Of a stretch of 20,000 nucleotides of DNA, positions 12,606-20,000 are shown piece by piece. This DNA is from Vicugna vicugna (taxonomy: Eukaryota). Location: the NCBI GenBank assembly GCA_013265495.1, contig MU057640.1, positions 1,922,695 through 1,942,694 of the forward strand. The letters are read 5' to 3'. Position numbers and translations under genes: made by a program. How positions within the stretch are numbered: the first letter of the stretch is position 1; each line of letters begins with the position of its first letter. The notes under the pieces are model-generated. The model was not told where the DNA came from. It ran no database searches and was given only the letters and a program-made list of their open reading frames with translations.

Positions 12606-14231
12606 ACCTGAAGGTGGGGGAACACTTATACTTAATCATCTTCAAGGGAAATCCCTTTTGACTTATTCACAAAAAAAGATAAAAGGATAAGCTAATTCCT
12701 ACAAAGTGCAGAATTCAGTTCCCTATCTGCATCACTTTTCATTTTGGCAGAGAACGTCGGGGGAAAGTGAGGGAGGTCTTAGTAACCAAATATTGCCCAT
12801 AAATTGTAGAAAATGACTGTTAATTAGGGATATGGGAAGAGGTGAGATCAGAAAGAAAATGGATGTTTTTAAGTCTTACAGTTTTCATACGCAGGCTGCC
12901 CCCAGAGGACTTAGAAAAGGCCCTCACATCACAAGCAGGGCTCTAGGGATTCAGCCCTCTTGCCACAGTTTCCTTCCGGGGCTGAGTTAAGCATTCCAGG
13001 TAGATACTTCCTTTCAGAGGATGCGGCCGCAGAGGAAAAGGGAGAAACTGCTCCAATGTCAAGATTCAGGAATAATTTCCCATAGAAAAAAACCAAAAAA
13101 ATAAAATTTTCTGTAATTCCAACTACACAATGAGTCAAACTGATTTCAGCGAGCCATCTGGGAACCTCTAACAGACTCAGAATACACTTTCCCCAAAGGC
13201 ACTGGTTTACAAGTGAACTATTAGAACTTGAGCCTACCCATATTTCTACAGATGTTTCATCTACATAATAAATATGTTAATATGAATAGAATAATTTAAA
13301 ATACTAGATACTATCTTTTTCTGTATACATATCCATTTTATATTTATGTCATTCTAAAACACATTTGTATTTACATTTTTACCTACAGAAGAATGTTCTT
13401 CTTAGGAAAGCAACATTCAAAAATATATATTAACAAGCTGAAAAGGGACCAAAAATAATATCGTACATACAACTCATCATGAATATCTGTTTATTAGGGG
13501 CTAAAGATGGGCAGCTTAAAACATGTATGAGAAAGCAGGGCACAAATGTGAAAAATAAGGGATGAAAAAAAAAACTCTAAGAAATAAAAGGATGCATACT
13601 AATAAACTAAAGTAATTTTACATACTTTATAGGATTTTCCTTATTTCCCAGCAAGGAAAGAAAAGGCTTTTAGACAATTTGAACTTATAAAAGTACTTAG
13701 ATATACTATATTCCCACCCTCCTTTTTCATAGAACATTTCTGTTCAATTTACTCATATTATCTTTAGCAACAGAGCTTTCTTCTTCACAAAAACCATCAC
13801 GAGCTCCCTAATAGAGACTTACACAGCACATCGTCATCATCTTGGTATATACTGTTGAAGTTATAACACTTTTTGAATGTACATGATGCTGTTACTGGAG
13901 ATCTTGTTTACATAAATACTTATTTGCATTTCATTAGGGTAATGAGGTAATTCATCTCACAAATGGATATTCCTATCTCTGTATGTAACACAACATTCAA
14001 TACTTGCAAATTATTGTTATAACCCTAGTAACAGTTACTATAACTAGTTAAATTTTTTAGAATTAAAAAAAAAAACAAGCTGTGTTGCTGAAAACACAAA
14101 AAAAGCAATTGGGGGAAAAAGTGAGCAAGCAGCAGGTAATATAAGAGACTTTGTGATGAATCAGATAACATAGTAATTCTTTCTTTGCTAAGAGACAGTT
14201 GTGGGAGGACAGGGAGGAATCTAGCCTTATC

Positions 14232-16630
14232 CAGGCATACCTCTGAGATACCGTGGGTTCAGATCCGGACCACTGCAATAAAGCAAGTCACATGACTTTT
14301 TTGGTTTCGTTAGTGCATATAAAAGATGTATTTACACTACAGTCCATTAAGTGTGCAAGCATTATGTTTAAAAAATGTACACACCTTAATTAAAAAACAC
14401 TTTACTGCTAAAAAAATGTTAACCATCATCTGAACCTTCAGCAAGTCATATTTTTTTTGCAGGTGGAGGGTCTTTGCCTCAACGTTGATGCCTGCTGACA
14501 GATCAGGGCAGGAGTTCTGAAAGTTGGGGTGGCTGTGGTCATTTCTTAAGATAAGACAAGTTTGCATTGATCAACTCTTCCTTTCACAAACGATTTCTCT
14601 GTAGCATGCAATGCAGTTTGACAGCATTTCACCAATAGACCTTTCAATATTGGAGTCAGTCCTCTCAAACCCCGCCCTTGTTTTATCAGCTAAGTTTCTG
14701 TAATACTCTAAATCCTTTGTCATTTCAACAGTCTTCACCAGGAGTAGATTCCATCTCAACAAACTACCTTCTTTATCCATTAAGAGGTAACTCCTCATCC
14801 ATACAAATTTTACTGTAAGTACAGCAATTCAGTCCCATCTTCAGGCTCCATGTCTAGTTCTCTTGCTATTTCCACCACATCTGTAGTTACTTCCTCCACT
14901 GAAGTCCTGAACCCCTCAAAGCCATCCATGAGGTTGAAATCAACTTCTTCCAAACTCCAGTTAATGCTAATATCTTGACCTTTCCCCATGAATCACATGT
15001 TTTTAATGGCATCTAGAATGAATACTTTCCAGAAGGTTTTCAATTAACTTTGCCAAGATCACTACCTATGGCAGCTATAGCCTTAAGAAATGTTTCCTAA
15101 ATAGTAAGAGTTGAAAGTTGAAATTACTTCTTGATCCATGGGCTGCAGAATGGATGTTGTGTTACAAACGTGAAAATCACATGAATCTCATTGCACATCT
15201 CCATCAGAGCTCTTGGAGGGGGTCAGGTACATTGTCAATGAGCAGTAGTATTTTGAAAGGAATCTTTTTCTCTGAGCAGGAGGTCTCAACAGTGAGCTTA
15301 AAATATTCAGTAAACCATGTTGTAAACAGATATGCTGTCATCCAGGCTTTGTTCCATTTATAGAGCACAGGCAGAGTGGCTTTAACATAATTCTTAAGGG
15401 CCCTAGGATTTCTGGAATAGTAAATGAGCGCTGGCTTCTACTTAAAGTCACCAAATGCATTATCCCCTAAAGAGAGAATCAGCCTGTCCTTTGAAGCTTT
15501 GAAGTCAGGCAGTGACTTCTCCTCTCTAGCTACTAAAAGTCCCAGGTGGCATCTTCTTCCAACAGAAGGCTGTTTTATCAACATTGAAAATCTGATTAGT
15601 GCAGCCACCTTCATGACTTATCTTAGACAGATCTTCTAGATAACTTGCAACAGCTTCTGTATCAGCACTTGCTAGTTCACCTGGCACTTTTATGTTATAG
15701 AGACGGTTTATTGCATTAAACCTCATGAAACAACCTCTGCTAGCTTCAAATTTTCTTTTCTTCTTTTTCTTAAAGTGAAAGTTTATTTGGAGAGATACAC
15801 ATTCCATACACAGAATGTGGTCCATCTCAGCAGGAAGAGGGGCCCAAACTTTTCTTCTGCAGCCCCTTACCTCTCTGAGCCTACAGAATTGAAGAGTTGG
15901 GGCCTTGCTCTGGATCAGCCTTTGGTTTAAGCACATGTTATGGCTGGTTTGATCTCCTATCAGATCACTGAAACTTTATTGCATATCAGCAATAATGTTG
16001 TTTCATTTTCTTATTATTCGTGTGTTCACCGAAGTAGCACTTTTCTTTTTCTTCAAGAACTTTTCCTTTACATTCACAACTTGACTCTGGCAGAAGAGGC
16101 CTAGCCTGTCTCAGCTTTTGACACACCTTTCTCACTAAGCTTAATCATTTATAGCTTTTGATTTAAAGTGAGACATTTAAACTGAGAGAGTTTCAGCTGA
16201 ACACTTACAGCCCATTGGAGGGTTATTAATTGGCCTAATTTCAATACTGCTGGTCTCAGTGAATAAGGAGGCCTGCAGCGAGAGAGATGGGGGAATGGCT
16301 GGTCGATGGAGCAGTCAGACATATATTTATCAATTAAGTCTGCTTTTATACAGACATGGTACGTGGTGCCCAAAACAATTACAACAGTAACATCAAGGAT
16401 CAATGATCACAGATCACCATAACAAATAATGAAAAAATTTTAAACATTGCGAGAATCACCAAAATGGGACACAGAGACACAAGCTGAGCAAATGCTGTTG
16501 GAAAGACGGTGCCATTATTCTTGCTTGATACCAGGCTGCCACCAACCTCAATTTGTTTAAAAAAAAAAAAAAGCAGTATCTGTGAAGTGTAATAAAGAGA
16601 AGTGAAGTTCAATAAAACGAGGTTTGCCTG
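14232..16630 (-). mobile_element. Tigger1-family TcMar DNA transposon, near full length (about 2.4 kb), transposase decayed
   Basis: Terminal inverted repeats caggcatacctc (14232) and gaggtttgcctg (16630), followed by TA. The minus-strand peptide KFEASRGCFMRF...NIKVPGELASADTEAVASYLEDLSKI...QIFNVDKTAFCWKKMP is Tigger/pogo transposase-like, including the degenerate first catalytic-Asp region NxDET. Multiple stops and frameshifts. Confidence 0.95.
15758..15844 (-). mobile_element. Short polyA-tailed retro-insertion in the Tigger1, resembling the 3' end of an ERV LTR transcript
   Basis: Minus strand reads ggcccctcttcctgctgagatggaccacattctgtgtatggaatgtgtatctctccaAATAAActttcactttaagaaaaagaagaa. 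Flanked by direct repeats caaattttctt (15747-15757) and caaacttttctt (15845-15856). Confidence 0.75.
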
Positions 16631-17959
16631 TATTAAAATATATATAATAATATGACAGACTAGATATGGAACACTGCAAAACAAGAACAAGATGGTAAAC
16701 AGGAAAAAAAATAGCGTGTATTTTAACAGCAGAGCTTTCCCTCAATTTCCATAATCATCTTTAGATTACCATTCAGAACAAAAGGAAAGTGAAAAACAAC
16801 AGTCACGTAATTCCAAAAGGGTCTCCAAACAATTCCTGTCTAGAATTTCTCTATGAAGATAGTACACTGAAGTTCAGGAAATTTTCAAAAATGAAGAAAG
16901 AGGTAGGCCCTCAAATATGAAGATTCAACAATCCAAACTACATAGGTGGAATTAGTAATTGATAAAAATCCTTTCTAAAGCTAATCCACCTTTCCCTACG
17001 TGTTGAAATGGTTTTCTGATGAGACTAAGGTACCTATTCTCAATCCATTAAGCAGCAGCCAACCTAAAATATAATTTAAAAAACCTGATACATCTGGAAA
17101 TTGTAACTGGTTATTATGTCAGGACAGCAAATAAAAACAGAAAGGTTGAGATATTTATGCATCTAAATTGAAGAGGCCAGTACAGATTTATCTTTCAATA
17201 TTATCCAGATGGCATTACCTAGAGACTGATTCTATTCCTTACCCAAAAATTACCCAAATGAAATTATACAAACATAAACGGAGAGGCACCAATGTTTTGG
17301 TTTATATACGTTTTTCTGAGCAAACCTAACCAACCAGGAAGGAAAGTAGGGTACACTATACTAAGAACTATCTTGATTCATATCTTTTTGTAACTTAGTA
17401 ACTTGACATTTTGGTATATGAATCACTCTTTCATTAGTTCAATCAGTCAAAGTAAATCCCTGAATAAACTGATAAAAAAATTCATCTAAATGGTAAATAT
17501 GAGGAACAGAAGCTGTCTCACAAAGTTCAACTTAAATTGCTTGAATTATTTCTTTATTCTATTTGTTTCTAATACATTCTATTGAAACAATTTTTCAGGA
17601 TTTATAGTAAGTGAAAATAAGAAATCTGTCAGCATGACTTTGCAATTCAGAAGAATAGAAGCTAGGTTATTATCTTTGTACTATACCTCACAAAACAATA
17701 GTTCAGGATATATTCAGTGATACTATCTTATAGGCAAAAACACATAAAATAATGGGGTTCTTCCTACACTTACTAGCTGTACTCCTATAACTATAACGTA
17801 CTATACAAGCATAAAATGAGTAACAGTAACTCAAATTTAAGGCTTAAAAATCACAATAATTCAATAACAAAAGTTAAGTCAAAGTAAAACTACAAGGATC
17901 AAGTAAAAATAAATATTTTAAAATAAAATATGACTACATACAAAAAATTAGGTTATGGC

Positions 17960-19130
17960 TTATTGGAAGATGGCGGAGTAGAAGGACGCTCATAAGTCAC
18001 CCTCTCCCACAAATACACCAAGACCCACATCTACAGACCCACTCAGCCAACCAGAGCACCTGCGGAACTCCGACAGAACATCGCCCTCTTCAAAAGATAA
18101 AGACGCCAAAAATCTGGTAGGAGAAAAGGAAAAAAGAAACAAAAGGCAAAGCAGCGCGGGACGGGTCCCGCGGGGAGGGAGCGGCAAAGGAGGACTGGCG
18201 CTCACTCGCTGGGTCTCCCCTCTCCAACTGAGAGGCCAGCGGGACGGAGGGGGAGCCTCCGAGGCTCGGATCTGTACAGAGCAGCCCTTGTCTGACAGAA
18301 CTAAGTTAAACGGGCACAGAGCGTCCCCCCGACACCCAGCCTGAGACGCGGGCCGGCAGCGGCGGGCAGGGCCAGGCTGCACAAGCCGGGCGGAGGACGG
18401 GGGCTGCTGCACGGAGGCAGCCCCGGGGGACTGCAAGGGGCTGGGCGCCGTGGCTGTGGGTGTACAGGACAGAACAACCTGGGCCCTCCATAAAACAGCA
18501 AGGTTGATGTGCTCTCAGGGGAAGGGTGCATACCCCCATCTCTGAAAACCTGCGGAAACTTTTCAGGGGAAGAGAGGCGGGGCTCAGGCAGAGCCGCCAT
18601 ATTCTCCGGCGCTGAGCACCCAGGCGGGGGCGGGGGCGAAACCTGCATCCCACCAAAGGGCTTCGCAGCCTCAAAGGCCAGACTGCGACAGGCCTACAGC
18701 CTGCAGCAGATAGGATCCTTCCATCCTGGTCCCTCAGAGAACTTGCTCCACAAAGACAAACAAGGAGCTGGGTCTTGGCTCGGAGCAGGGACGAGGCTGT
18801 CCCTCCGTCTTCCCGGAGCCCACCCGCGGAGCGCCGACCAGGGCGGAGCGCGCAGCCGCACAGAGCAGCGGAGCTACCGGAGGCGCAGGTAGAGGGAGAG
18901 CGGCCCCCCGCAGGTCGGGCAAGAACACAGCCCCTGACCGAGGTGCTGGGAGCGGGCACGACCCGCCCTCCTCCCTGGCCAGTCTGCAACATCTGACTGC
19001 GGCATCCGGAGGGGCAGTGACCCGCCCGCCCGCAGCAGAGGAGAGCTGCACCTGACCCCGTGTTAGGAGGAGGCGCGATCAGCTTGCCGACAGGTGCTGG
19101 GAGCAGCACGGAAGGGGGCGTCACTGGAGG
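17960..19130. promoter_or_regulatory. CpG-island-like L1 internal promoter region
   Basis: High GC and CpG density against an AT-rich background. YY1 motif AAGATGGCG at 17967-17975 (+), YY1-like GCCGCCATATT at 18593-18603 (opposite orientation), GC boxes at about 18623-18638. Confidence 0.75.
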
Positions 19131-19540
19131 GCCTCTGAAAACAAGCTAAGCTTCCAAAACAGGACGAAGAAAGACTTCATATTAAAAGCACACAGACTCC
19201 AGGAGAACACCGACAACCCTTTTTTTTTTTTTAATCTGTTTTTACCTGTTTTATTTTCTATTACTCTCAATTTTTACTTCTTAATTCATTTCTATTTCTC
19301 TTGGGTTTTGATGTCCTGTTATTGATTAGACACAGGTTTCAAATACATCTATTCATCTCCCCACCCCTTTTCTTTTAAAGGTTTTAAAAGGACGTCATCT
19401 CAACCCGTACTCTGCTTCAACTCGCTCTTCTATTATTCATTATACACTGTTTTCAAACTCTCTTTCTCCCTTCTTTTAAAAATCTTTCGCTCTCTCTCTT
19501 ATTTTTTTCTTTTTTTCTTTTCCCTTTTTTTTTCTGCCAA

Positions 19541-19599
19541 TTTTTTTTTTTGGGGGGGGGTTAATTAGACTTATTTATTTAATGGAGGTACTGAGGATT
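19541..19599 (-). mobile_element. 3'-terminal fragment of the camelid tRNA-derived SINE
   Basis: (t)11(g)9ttaattagacttatttatttaatggaggtactgaggatt is the reverse complement of aatcctcagtacctccattaaataaataagtctaattaa(c)9(a)11. It shares aatcc.cagtacctcc with the SINE at 7807-7880. Confidence 0.8.
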
Positions 19600-19600
19600 A

Positions 19601-20000
19601 GAATCCCCTGAAGATCAATGAAATAGACATCGATAGCCTACTAGATCAAGATTTCAAAAAAGGAGTCATCAAATTGCTGAAGGAATTAAAAGAGATAGTG
19701 TTTAGAGATATAAAATATGTTATGTCAANNNNNNNNNNNNNNNNNNNNNNNNNNNNNNNNNNNNNNNNNNNNNNNNNNNNNNNNNNNNNNNNNNNNNNNN
19801 NNNNNNNNNNNNNNNNNNNNNNNNNNNNNNNNNNNNNNNNNNNNNNNNNNNNNNNNNNNNNNNNNNNNNNNNNCCGACTAGATAGAGGAACGAATTAGTG
19901 ATCTAGAAGACAGGGCAATAGAAAGCACCCATTCAGAAGAACTACAAGATAAGCAAATAAAAAATAATGAAAATAGCATAAGGGACCGATGGGATGGGAT
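19601..20000 (+). pseudogene. L1 ORF1p remnant (N-terminal and coiled-coil region), no start codon, frameshifted, interrupted by the gap
   Basis: KINEIDIDSLLDQDFKKGVIKLLKELKEIVFRDIKYV from 19611, with an in-frame TAG at 19599-19601 upstream. After the gap: RLD, a frameshift, then EERISDLEDRAIESTHSEELQDKQIKNNENSIRDRWD, a typical ORF1p heptad region. Confidence 0.88.
19729..19873. other. Assembly gap (145 N)
   Basis: Run of N. Confidence 1.

Larger units (their letters stand above)
17957..20000 (+). mobile_element. Young lineage-specific LINE-1, 5' end: CpG-rich 5' UTR, T-rich spacer and disrupted ORF1; continues past the window
   Basis: Abrupt AT-to-GC switch at ggaagatggcggagtag, a typical L1 5' terminus with a YY1 motif. 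About 1.25 kb of CpG-dense sequence, then a T-rich tract, then ORF1p-like peptides. Start coordinate is approximate by a few bases. Confidence 0.92.

Noticed and set aside
15526..15936. 136-aa ORF with a KKKKKRK NLS-like run as a domesticated transposase
   Set aside because: The lysine run is the translated A-tail of the nested retro-insertion. The transposase part is a short fragment with frameshifts on both sides.
18306..19124. 272-aa minus-strand ORF and other overlapping ORFs
   Set aside because: They lie in GC-rich, stop-poor L1 UTR, have low-complexity Arg/Gly/Pro/Ala composition, and show no recognisable domain. The 272-aa frame has no ATG at its called start.
17960..19130. CpG island as the PCNX1 promoter or exon 1
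   Set aside because: It does not encode the PCNX1 N-terminus (MGSQTLQILRQG... as I recall it). It begins with an L1 5' terminus and leads into ORF1.

Overview
This is mammalian genomic DNA, most likely from a camelid (camel, alpaca or llama), judged from two fragments of the camelid tRNA-derived SINE. The only real coding sequence is a 209-bp exon on the minus strand (4557-4765), recognisable as exon 2 of PCNX1 (pecanex 1). That makes 4766-20000 intron 1 and 1-4556 intron 2. The rest is layered transposon debris: old L1M fragments, MIR, L2, a MER33, a near full-length Tigger1, an artiodactyl-type L1 3' end nested in an older L1, and the CpG-rich 5' UTR plus broken ORF1 of a young L1 running into a 145-N gap. 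Nearly all track ORFs are spurious or transposon-derived. I cannot support a new multi-gene system here. The best leads are (i) a possible antisense promoter and ORF0-like frame in the young L1 pointing towards PCNX1 exon 2, (ii) a polyA-tailed LTR 3'-end retrocopy inside the Tigger1, (iii) a perfect ISRE in unique intronic sequence, and (iv) a truncated SINE joined directly to ORF1 with the ORF1 start missing. Repeat family names come from remembered consensus sequences, not from a search.
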